NCBI GenBank assembly: GCA_949358305.1
Contig: OX442314.1
Location: forward strand, 30,690,001 to 30,754,000
Length of the DNA stretch: 64,000 nucleotides
Origin: Strigamia acuminata
Taxonomy: Eukaryota
Reading direction: 5' to 3'
The notes beneath the pieces were generated by a model. It made no database searches, was not told the DNA's origin, and saw only the letters and a list, made by a program, of their open reading frames with translations. The position numbers and the translations under genes were made by a program. Numbering within the stretch: the first letter of the stretch is position 1; the number at the start of each line of letters is the position of its first letter. Below, piece by piece: positions 12,101-22,597 of the stretch.

Positions 12101-15100
12101 GCTTTGGTGGCGGCTCTGGTGGCGGATCTGGTGGCGGCTCTGGTGGCGGATCTGGTGGAGGCCATGGTGGAGGCTCTGGTGGCGGATCTGGTGGCGGTGG
12201 CGGCTTTGGTGGAGGCTCTGGTGGCGGATCTGGTGGAGGCCATGGTGGGGGCTCAGGTGGCGGATCTGGAGGCGGATCTGGTGGAGGTCATGGTGGAGGC
12301 TCTGGTGGCGGATCTGGTGGCGGTGGCGGCTTTGGTGGAGGCTCTGGTGGCGGATCTGGTGGAGGCCATGGTGGAGGCTCTGGTGGCGGATCTGGTGGCG
12401 GATCTGGTGGAGGTCATGGTGGAGGCTCTGGTGGCGGATCAGGTGGCGGTGGCGGCTTTGGTGGAGGCTCTGGTGGCGGCTTTGGTGGAGGCTCTGGTGG
12501 CGGATCTGGTGGAGGCCATGGTGGAGGCTCTGGTAGCGGATCTGGTGGCGGTGGCGGCTTTGGGGGAGGCTCTGGTGGCGGCTTTGGTGGCGGCTCTGGT
12601 GGCGGATCTGGTGGCGGCTCTGGTGGCGGATCTGGTGGAGGCCATGGTGGAGGCTCTGGTGGCGGATCTGGTGGCGGTGGCGGCTTTGGTGGAGGCTCTG
12701 GTGGCGGATCTGGTGGAGGCCATGGTGGGGGCTCAGGTGGCGGATCTGGTGGCGGATCTGGTGGAGGTCATGGTGGAGGCTCTGGTGGCGGATCTGGAGG
12801 CGGTGGCGGCTTTGGTGGAGGCTCTGGTGGTGGCTTTGGTGGCGGATCTGGTGGAGGCCATGGTGGTGGCTCTGGTGCCGGATCTGGTGGCGGTTCTGGT
12901 GGAGGTCATGGTGGAGGCTCTGGTGGCGGATCTGGTGGCGGTGGCGGCTTTGGTGGAGGCTCTGGTGGCGGATCTGGTAAAGGCTCTGGTGGCGGATCTG
13001 GTGGAGGCCATGGTGGAGGCTCTGGTGGCGGATCTGGTGGCGGTGGCGGGTTTGGCGGAGGCTATGGTGGGGGATCTGGTGGAGGCCATGGTGGAGGCTC
13101 TGGTGGCGGATCTGGTGGAGGCTCTGGTGGTGGATCTGGTGGAGGCTCTGGTGGCGGATCTGGTGGCGGTGGCGGCTTTGGTGGAGGCTCTGGTGGCGGC
13201 TTTGGTGGCGGCTCTGGTGGCGGATCTGGTGGCGGCTCTGGAGGCGGATCTGGTGGAGGCCATGGTGGAGGCTCTGGTGGCGGATCTGGTGGCGGTGGCG
13301 GCTCTGGTGGAGGCTCTGGTGGGGGATCTGGTGGAGGCCATGGTGGGGGCTCAGGTGGCGGATCTGGTGGCGGATCTGGTGGAGGTCATGGTGGAGGCTC
13401 TGGTGGCGGATCTGGCGGCGGTGGCGGCTTTGGTGGAGGCTCTGGTGGCGGATCTGGTGGAGGCCATGGTGGAGGCTCTGGTGGCGGATCTGGTGGCGGA
13501 TCTGGTGGAGGCCATGGTGGAGGCTCTGGTAGCGGATCTGGTGGCGGTGGCGGCTTTGGGGGAGGCTCTGGTGGCGGCTTTGGTGGCGGCTCTGGTGGCG
13601 GCTTTGGTGGAGGCTCTGGTGGCGGCTCTGGTGGAGGCCATGGTGGCGGATCTGGTGGCGGTGGCGGCTTTGGTGGAGGCTCTGGTGGCGGATCTGGTGG
13701 AGGCTATGGTGGGGGCTCAGGTGGTGGATCTGGTGGCGGATCTGGTGGAGGTCATGGTGGAGGCTCTGGTGGCGGATCTGGTGGCGGTGGCGGCTTTGGT
13801 GGAGGCTCTGGTGGCGGATCTGGTGGAGGCCATGGTGGAGGCTCTGGTGGCGGATCTGGTGGCGGATCTGGTGGAGGCCATGGTGGAGGCTCTGGTGGCG
13901 GATCTGGTGGCGGTGGCGGCTTTGGTGGAGGTTCTGGTGGCGGATCTGGTGGAGGCCATGGTGGGGGCTCAGGTGGCGGATCTGGTGGCGGATCTGGTGG
14001 AGGTCATGGTGGAGGCTCTGGTGGCGGATCTGGTGGCGGTGGCGGCTTTGGTGGAGGCTCTGGTGGTGGATCTGGTGGAGGCTATGGTGGAGGCTCTGGT
14101 GGCGGATCTGGTGGAGGTCATGGTGGAGGCTCTGGTGGCGGATCTGGTGGCGGTGGCGGCTTTGGTGGAGGTTCTGGTGGCGGCTTTGGTGGAGGCTCTG
14201 GTGGCGGCTTTGGTGGAGGCTCTGGTGGTGGATTTGGTGGAGGCTCTGGTGGGGGATCTGGTGGCGGTGGCGGCTTTGGTGGAGGCTCTGGTGGCGGCTT
14301 TGGTGGAGGCTCTGGTGGCGGCTTTGGTGGAGGCTTTGGTGGAGGATCTGGTGGCGGATCTGGTGGAGGTTCTGGTGGTGGATCTGGTGGAGGCTCTGGT
14401 GGTGGATCTGGTGGCGGTGGCGGTTTTGGTGGAGGCTCTGGTGGCGGCTTTGGTGGAGGCTCTGGTGGCGGATCTGGTGGAGGCTCTGGTGGCGGATCTG
14501 GTAGTGGCTTTGGTGGAGGCTCTGGTGGAGGTGGTGGCTTTGGTGGAGGCTCTGGTGGTGGCTCTGGTGGAGGATCTGGTGGCGGATCTGGTGGAGGCTC
14601 TGGTGGAGGCTCTGGTGGCGGATCTGGTGGCGGTGGCGGCTTTGGTGGAGGCTCTGGTGGCGGCTTTGGTGGAGGCTCTGGTGGCGGCTCTGGTGGAGGC
14701 TCTGGTGGTGGATCTGGTGGTGGCTCTGGTGGAGGCTCTGGTGGCGGATCTGGTGGAGGCTTTGGTGAAGGCTCTGGTGGGGGTGGCGGTTTTGGTGAAG
14801 GCTCTGGTGGCGGATCTGGTAGAGGCCATGGTGGAGGCTCTGGTGGCGGCTCTGGTGGAGGCTCTGGTGGTGGATCTGGTGGAGGCTCTGGTGGCGGATC
14901 TGGTGGCGGTGGCGGCTTTGGTGGCGGCTCTGGCAAAGGCTCTGGTGGCGGATCTGGTGGAGGCTCTGGTGGCGGATCTGGTAGCGGCTTTGGTAGCGGA
15001 TCTGGTGGCGGTGGCGGCTTTGGTGGAGGCTCTGGTGGTGGCTTTGGTGGAGGCTCTGGTGGTGGCTTTGGTGGCGGATCCGGTGGAGGCTCTGGTGTCG

Positions 15101-15930
15101 GATCTGGTGGTGGCTCTGGTGGCGGTAGTGGCTTTGGTGGTGGCTTTGGTGGCGGCTCTGGCAAAGGCTCTGGTGGCGGATCTGGTGGAGGCTCTGGTGG
15201 CGGATCTGGTAGCGGCTTTGGTAGCGGATCTGGTGGCGGTGGCGGCTTTGGTGGAGGCTCTGGTGGTGGCTTTGGTGGAGGCTCTGGTGGTGGCTTTGGT
15301 GGCGGATCCGGTGGAGGCTCTGGTGGCGGATCTGGTGGAGGCTCTGGTGGAGGCTCTGGTGGCGGATCTGGTGGAGGCTCTGGTGTTGGATCTGGTAAAG
15401 GCTCTGGTGGCGGTGGCGGCTTTAGTGGCGGCTCTGGCAAAGGCTCTGGTGGCGGATCTGGTGGCGGCTCTGGTGGTGGCTTTGGTGGAGGCTCTGGTGG
15501 CGGTGGCGGATCTGGTGGAAGCTCTGGTGGCGGTTCTGGTGGAGGCTCTGGTGGCGGGTCTGGTGGTGGCTTTGGTAGAGGCTCTGGTGGCGGTGGCGGC
15601 TCTGGTGGAGGCTCTGGTGGCAGCTCTGGTGGAGGCTCTGGTGGCGGATCTGGTGGCGGATCTGGTGGAGGCTCTGGTAGTGGCATTGGTGAAGGCTCTG
15701 GTGGTGGTGGCGGCTTTGGTCGAGGCTCTGGTGGTGGATCTGGTGGCAGTATTGGTGGAGACTCTGGTCGCGGTGGTGGTTCTGGTCGTGGCTCTGGTGG
15801 TGTTGGCTCTAGTGGATATGAATATGCGGATGGAGGAAATGAGGGATATGGATATGGATATGGATATGAAAGTTCTAAAAGACGTCAGCACCGAACTAAA
15901 CACTTCCGAGGCCGCAAGCAGAAGCATTAA
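9106..15930 (+). CDS. Giant secreted glycine-loop protein of ~2253 aa, (GGGS/GGGF/GGGH)n (member 6); exons 9106-9111 and 9175-15930
   Basis: ATGAAT|gtgagt intron 9112-9174; signal peptide MNKFILILILGVLVAG; His/Lys-rich start, two Cys, 6.5-kb stop-free 12-nt repeat, GYGYGY, basic tail; AATAAA at the stop. Confidence 0.85.
9343..15810 (+). repeat. Coding tandem repeat with a 12-nt unit (GGT GGA GGC TCT / GGT GGC GGA TCT) and higher-order periods of 858, 1098 and 1956 nt
   Basis: Rare marker variants recur 1956 nt apart (TCTGGTGCCGGA at ~10915 and ~12871); GGATCAGGT at ~10481, ~11579 and ~12437. Confidence 0.9.
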
Positions 15931-17106
15931 TAAAACTTTTCCATTTTTTAAAAAATCAACTTATAAACTAAGATATAATTTTTTTCTTCTTGTATATTAT
16001 ATTAGTACGGTAATATAGTCTACTATATGTATTGTAAAATTAAATATTTGAATTACAATGTCATTTTTAAAGAGAATAATTGCAAAAATTTTTACATTAA
16101 TTAAAATAACATCAAATTATTATGAAAAAAAAAATATTTTTAAGAGTAGTTTAAAAACTTAGTGTTTCTGCTTTTTTTTAAAAAAAGGTAAAAATTGTAT
16201 TAAATAATTAGAGATTAAAAGTTAAATGCTAAAATTAGCAGTTCACTCACAGGTGTGGCTGGTCAAGACCCTGAAAATAATTTATTTTAAAAAATACTGT
16301 GAGAATTAAACTTTTGAAACATATTTCAACACGTACAATACTAGTAATAATAATTCCATTAACTTATACTCCTTCATGACATATTGACATCTGAAGACAT
16401 GCATATTTTGAATTTTACTTTCGTCTTACAATGTTATCACACCTTTGATCAATACGCATTCACAAGAAGTGGGATGTAATGAATGTAATTGAATGTAAAG
16501 AAATAAAATAAATGTAAATCTTAAATTGTGTTAAGGGATTTCATTTCAGCAGATAGTAACTGCAATTAATTAGTGCCAAAAAATTTCATTTAATCATCCA
16601 AACAATTATTTTTTTACAATTTTTATCTATACAGACCATTCAGACTCAAAACCATTGGCAAGGCTCACTGTTTAGTTTATGTCCGAGTTGTTTGAATGGG
16701 ATTATAGACGGCCATGCATTTTAAGAGATGACGTTGTTTATCAGCTCCTGGATGGATTCATTGATTTCATTGAAATCAGAAATTGCCATCCGGTTAGAGA
16801 TGAACGTTTTGACGCCATTTCGATATTTTGGAGATTTCTCTTACTTGTAGTTATAAATTATTAAAATAATTTTTTTCTGATATCGGTAGTTTATTCTCAC
16901 TTGGATTTCCAATTAATGATCTTTTAGAATGTGGTGATCTCAAATATTCCTATTTGAGTGAGCACCATATTTCCTAATTATTTGAAATCAAGAACAAATA
17001 TTATTTTATCTTTTATTTCAATGTAAGTTGAAGTAAAACATACTCCACGTTAATTATAAAGAAAGTCACAATATTATCTCAATAATATTGTATTGCCAAT
17101 CTTGCT

Positions 17107-17293
17107 CAGGGGCGGATCTAGCTTTTCGGGGGCCCGGGGCTTGAGATTTTTTCGCGGCCCCTTTATCGAAATTTTTAATAGTGACCTCTTCTTTTTTCTT
17201 GTTTTTAGCGACCTTTTTTTTTTTAGTACATTGCCTTGCATCTTGGAGTCCCGGGGCTCAAACGTCATTAGCTCTATGCTAGATCCGCCCCTG
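17107..17293. mobile_element. hAT-type MITE
   Basis: TIR CAGGGGCGGATCTAGC / GCTAGATCCGCCCCTG; degenerate 8-bp TSD ATCTTGCT / ATCACGCT. Confidence 0.8.
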
Positions 17294-17843
17294 ATCACGC
17301 TGCAGAGCGCATCGCTTTAGTGATGTTGCTAAGCACAAATTAGGAGAAGAGCCTCCCTCCTTCTCGCGCGTGCCTCGCCAAATTGTGGCATCGCGTTTAC
17401 TCTGCCAAAATTCGCGCTCAGGCAACGCCATATTAGAGCCGACCGTTAACCGATGTGTGTGTGTTTTCAAGGAGAAGTTTGATCAACATTATTATTTCCA
17501 CATATTCATGTTGTAACTTTAGAACAATTAAAACGATTGCATTATTCCTTTATTCTTGTGTGTATAAAATCATTTCCCCTAGACAACCATTGGCCGCTGA
17601 GTAGAAGCCCTATAAGGCATCTCAACGGTGATTGCTTGTTAAATTCAACCAGTTTAGCAAGTAAAAACCCGGATGGCCGCAAGAAATGATTATCAGTTAT
17701 CACCACCCGGAACTACATTCGTTTTCAGAAAATTTAAATTTTAATTAATTTTAATTTTTAAACAAATATAAAATTATAAACATTAAAATTACAAACATTA
17801 AAATTACTGCTAAAAATAAATAAAAAATAAAAGTAAAAATTTT

Positions 17844-17915
17844 CATAGACAACAGGATTTGAACCTGTATGGAAAAATACCTAGCCCATTGCCTTAACCA
17901 CTGGACCACCACTAC
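17844..17915 (-). pseudogene. Degenerate tRNA-Ser-like sequence (tRNA pseudogene or SINE head)
   Basis: Minus strand GTAGTGGTGGTCCAGTGGTTAAGGCAATGGGCTAG...CAGGTTCAAATCCTGTTGTCTATG has A and B boxes and resembles eukaryotic tRNA-Ser; anticodon arm broken. Confidence 0.65.
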
Positions 17916-18133
17916 AAACTATTATTGTCTCCATGCAGGCAGTCATGTTGGTGAACAAAGTTCTGATGTCATGACATCATTGAATCTCAAATGATAAAAT
18001 TCAACTTGGATCTTGGAACTATTTTTTTTACACTTTGTCACATAGCAACTGTTGTTTACAGTATTCATACACGAGGTCTGATTGCTCAGATTAGATAAAT
18101 ACACAGACAAAATAGTGCAAACTATCAGCTCAT

Positions 18134-18660
18134 TAGTGAGTTTGCGGTTGCCAATTGTTCCTTATAATTATGAGTTACAAGCTCATAATTCCAATTATAA
18201 TTCTTTCTAGAAATAGGCATTTGCGGTACAATAAATATATTTTATAAATTATACTTATAAATACCATGTAATGGTAGAACAAATCCCTATGCAAAAGAAA
18301 ATAAAAATCTGTAGTTTTACTAATTTGACAGTTTTCAGGCATGAAATTGTCTTCCAGTTTATTTATTTGCTTACCTGGAATGATTTTAGTTGTTTCTATC
18401 CTTCGATGGCAGAAAGAAATTGTGATTGAGGCTGATTGTTGAAACAGGTCAAGCAGCCATTTTGAATTTCTATTAGCACCATCAGCGCCATTTGCAATAG
18501 TGGGAGGAGCTTCAAATAGTGTTAAGCGATCTGATTGGCTCTCTTATTTTACAAAATAGTGTAAAAGTTGAGGAGTTACGTTATGTTATAAGTCCATTTT
18601 TATAATTATGAGCTTGTAACTCATAATTATAAGGAACAATTGGCAACCGCAAACTCACTA
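18134..18660. mobile_element. MITE family D
   Basis: ~55-bp TIR TAGTGAGTTTGCGGTTGCCAATT...; second copy at 47921-49028. Confidence 0.85.
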
Positions 18661-18777
18661 ATGTTTACATTGTTGGCTGTTTATGGAATGAAATTATTTC
18701 AGGATCTCATTCAGCATGACATACCTAACAATCCTTCACATTTAATATTGCAACAATCTGTGTGTATCTTATGAAGC

Positions 18778-20103
18778 CGGGTTGTTTAGTCGTTTTTCAC
18801 TTAGTCGATGCCGTTTAGTCGACGCCATTTAGTCGACGCCGTTTAGTCGACCAGGTCACTTAGTCAACGAGTAGTGTCGACTAGGTGACCTGGTCGAAAC
18901 GGCGTCGACTAAACGGCGTCGACTAAGTGGAAAAGTTGTGCCACACAAGAAGTCTAAAACTAGCATGTGGTAGCCAGGCTTGGCTATGGGAAGGTTAAGT
19001 ATACGTTACTTAAACAGTTCAGTGGCTGGCACAATGAGTTAGAATGAAATAACATCTAGGTACCCTGAGAAATCTAGGTACCATGAAAAATCTAGGTCAG
19101 TGTTAGGCAAGGTACAGTACCGGTACCGGCGGTACCAGTACCGCCTGTACCGCGGTACTTTTGTTCAAGCTGAGTACCGGTACCGCGGTACTTTTCGCAG
19201 TCTCGGTAGTATCGGATACTTGTACCGCGGTACTTTCGGCGCCCTGCGGTACTCTCGCGGTACTCGGGAAAACGCGAGAAAACACGAGATTCATGTGTTT
19301 TCTCCCATTTTCCACGTTAAAGTTGTCTAAAATCGTAACGTCGTTGTGATGTTACGATTCGAACTGGCACAAGGTAAAACGCCCGCCCTGCCCGAAAGCC
19401 CGCCCGCCCGCCCGTTAATTTGTTCGGTGTTTGGGTGGCAGACTGGTGGCAAAATCACATTAAAAGTTTATTATTAATAAGCTTTTAATGCGATTTTAAT
19501 GGTTATTGATGTTGAAACTCACTTTGAATGAGTGTAAACATCAACTTTTAAAAAAAAAAGTGGAAAACTGGAGAAAACACTAGAATCTCGTGTTTTCTCG
19601 CGTTTTCCCAGGTACCGCGAGAGTACCGCAAAATCCCGGTACCGGTACTGTACCGGGACCGCGATACTTTTTGCGGAAGCTGCATGTACCGCGTACCGGG
19701 ACCGCGGTACTCGTTGGGGGTACCATGCCCAACACTGATCTAGGTACCCTGAGAAATCTAGGTACCCTGAGAAATCTAGGTACCCTGAGAAATCTAGGTA
19801 CCCTGAGAAATCTAGGTACCCTGAGAAATCTAGGTATCCTGAGAAATCTAGGTACCCTGAGAAATCTAGGTACCCTGAGAAATCTAGGGGCCTTATAAAT
19901 TTGGAAATATTAGAAAAAGTGTAGTCGACGAGTAGTGTCGACTAGGTGACCTGGTCGACTCGACGTACCCTATAAGTAGGTTGACTAGACGACCAAAAAT
20001 AAAACCGTCGACAAAACGTTTGTCGACTAAACGTTTTGTCGACAAAATAAACGTTTATTCGCTGTCGTCGACTAGACGACAGTCGACTAAACGATCTGAC
20101 CCG
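18778..20103. mobile_element. Non-autonomous DNA element with GTCGAC-rich subterminal repeats and an internal 18-bp minisatellite (CTAGGTACCCTGAGAAAT)
   Basis: Ends CGGGT..GTTTAGTCG / CGACTAAACGATCTGACCCG; minisatellite at 19056-19097 and 19739-19888. Confidence 0.6.
19098..19737. mobile_element. hAT MITE nested in the 18-bp minisatellite
   Basis: TIR CAGTGTT(A/G)GGCA; perfect 8-bp TSD ATCTAGGT; GGTACC-rich subterminal repeats. Confidence 0.9.
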
Positions 20104-20118
20104 AAATCATTTCCCCTA

Positions 20119-20954
20119 TACTCGAGTTGTACATAAAAAGGCCCCTCACAATGTGTGCTCCCATTGGTCAAGCCAGTTTACTAGTGTAGTGATCCACAAA
20201 AGTAGACCTAAACACATCAATTACAATGTCTGTACATTGTCAAGGCTAAACAAAGATGTCTGCCCACAAGTTGAAGCAAGATCTGTTGCCTTTCAGACCC
20301 AAATTTTGGAAACCAGGCGAGTTAAAAAAAATAATAAATAAAAATAATAAAAATAATAAATAATAATATAATAATAATAATAATAAATAATAAAAATAAT
20401 AAATAATTAAAAAGTTGTTTACGTTCCAGACTGAAGTAACCAATAAATAATTAAAAAATTTATTTTTTTCCAGACGATGTAAGCAATAAACACAACAAAC
20501 ATGAGTTTGACATTTTTTCATGTGTGAAACTTAATTTTAATGATGGAAATAACATTTTTTATTAATTAAAATCAAAATAACATAAACTAAATTAGTCAAA
20601 ACAATCACAACAATAAATAAAAATCAAAACTACTTCTCCTATACTCAAAACCACCACAACGTTGACCTATTCCAGCCGGTTTACACCTAACTGTGTACTG
20701 TGTTCTACTACATGGAAAAGTAGTTCTTTGCCTTTGACAATGTTGGTAATCGATCACAATGTCTGGAGTTCTTTACAAATATAGTGTTATGAGCTACTTT
20801 TTGGTGCCACTACACCAGTGATACGGCTCGACAATAGGTCAACGTTGTGGTGGTTTTGAGTATAGTAGTAGTATACAGTCTGGAATTAGTAATAAACTGG
20901 CTCGACCAATGGGAGCACACATTGTGAGGGGCTTTTTTGAGTGCAACTCGAGTA
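20119..20954. mobile_element. TA-inserted MITE containing a (TAA)n tract and a nested MITE at 20640-20864
   Basis: ~65-bp TIR TACTCGAGTTG...; empty site CCCCTAGACAACC near 17576; inner TIR TATACTCAAAACCACCACAACGTTGACCTATT. Confidence 0.8.
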
Positions 20955-22597
20955 TAGACAACCTTGGCCGCTGACGAGTGAGTAGAAATCCTATAAGGCA
21001 TCTCAACGGTGATATATTTGTTAAGATTAATTATTTTAGCAAGTAAAAACCTGGATCGCCCCACTTAAAACAACAGTCCAAAACATTACAAAACGTTTTG
21101 AAACAAGTGCCATAACATAGTTAATGTGAAACCAAAAATTGGAGGGCCAAGAATGACAACCAAACATGATGACAGTTCCTTATACGCAAATTAATAAAAC
21201 AAAATCGACGTGATAGCACAAGAGAAATTGCAGCTAAGTGGAGTGAAGTTGTTGGTAATCATGTATCCACTGTCGTAGAAGAATACACGAGTTGGGGTAT
21301 GGATTTTACAAGGTATGGGTAAAGATTAAAGCAAGGAGAGAATTAATGCAGGTTAAAGGTGAAATGATCCGTGGATTTGACTTATGTGCAGGAAAAATGA
21401 ACGGATGTTTAACCGAGCGAGGTCAAAGGAAAAATGATCTTCTCTTTCCGATAGCTGTTTGTATGGATTTATCTTGGTGAACGTTTCTGACAAGGGGAGC
21501 ACGTGAATCAATGATTTTACCCAAACAGAAATAAAGGAATAATACAGTCGTTTTAATTGTTCTTAAGTTACAAGATGAATACGCGAAAAATTATAATGTA
21601 TGCTTACCACGAATATCTTACATAAAACTACGAAATTTAGCCAAAATTAGCCACAGTGATAATGTTTCTGTGCAAATATTTTCTCGGCTAATCTTTGTTT
21701 TTATGTTATGTGTTAAACTTGAAGTAAATAAAAAGATATTCAAAGTTTACCAATCAATTTCTAAAGTCCTTGACTACAAGTGGATGTAACAGTTGAAAAT
21801 TGCGTTGAAGTCCAAAATGGCGTTGGAGTATAAAGGAGCACGACCACACAGTTTTAGTTGAAAAAGTACACTGAGTTTTTTCTATTCATAAAAGGAAAAG
21901 GAAATGCAAATGACACGGTTCACAGAACCAATCACAAGCATCCGTAAGATAGGGGAATGACGTGTTCAGGTGGAGGAATGCAAACGGATTAAAAAGGATT
22001 AACAATTTGAGATTCCAATAAAAATGAACAGGTCAGAACATACAAATGAAAATAAAAGACATATTATGACAAATTAGCAAAATCACAAATTCAATATCAA
22101 ATTCTCGAACAAAAAATGGAAATACAAAGTTTGAAATGCAAGGTGAATACTTGCGGATAGTTCATTAATTTCCTGGTTAACAATACTAAATTTCAAATTA
22201 ATGTATGAAAATGAGAAATAAAGAAGCACGACTTGTTGGTTCAAAAACTTCTTCAAGACTAATTTTATTCTATTCAGAACAGTGGTAATTAAAAATACAA
22301 AGAAACAAATGACAAATACTCCATGCTACAGGGTGAAGCACACGGAGAAAATATGACGAGTTCCAAAGGGGAACGCCAGATAATTGCTAACACATAGAAA
22401 GACGAGTTGATTCTCAGAAAAAGATAAAAAGGTCAAGTTGAAAAATAGCCACTTCAAATTAAATAAAATACAACTTTAAAAGAATTAAATAAAACACAGT
22501 CAAATTCAATGATATATCAAATATCGGACTATTTCAAACAATGAACAAATAATGAATAAATTTTAATAATAATACACGTGTAAAAGCGTGTCGGTTT

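Noticed and set aside
9902..16018. 2038-aa VEALVADL ORF and antisense Pro-rich or ATRAST ORFs over the Gly repeats (also at the other family genes)
   Set aside because: Shadow frames of GGN-TCT repeats that rarely form stops; only the Gly frame joins the signal peptide and splice sites
19739..19888. 18-bp direct repeats resembling a CRISPR array; LGTLRN ORF
   Set aside because: No spacers, no cas genes, eukaryotic context; it is a minisatellite inside a transposon
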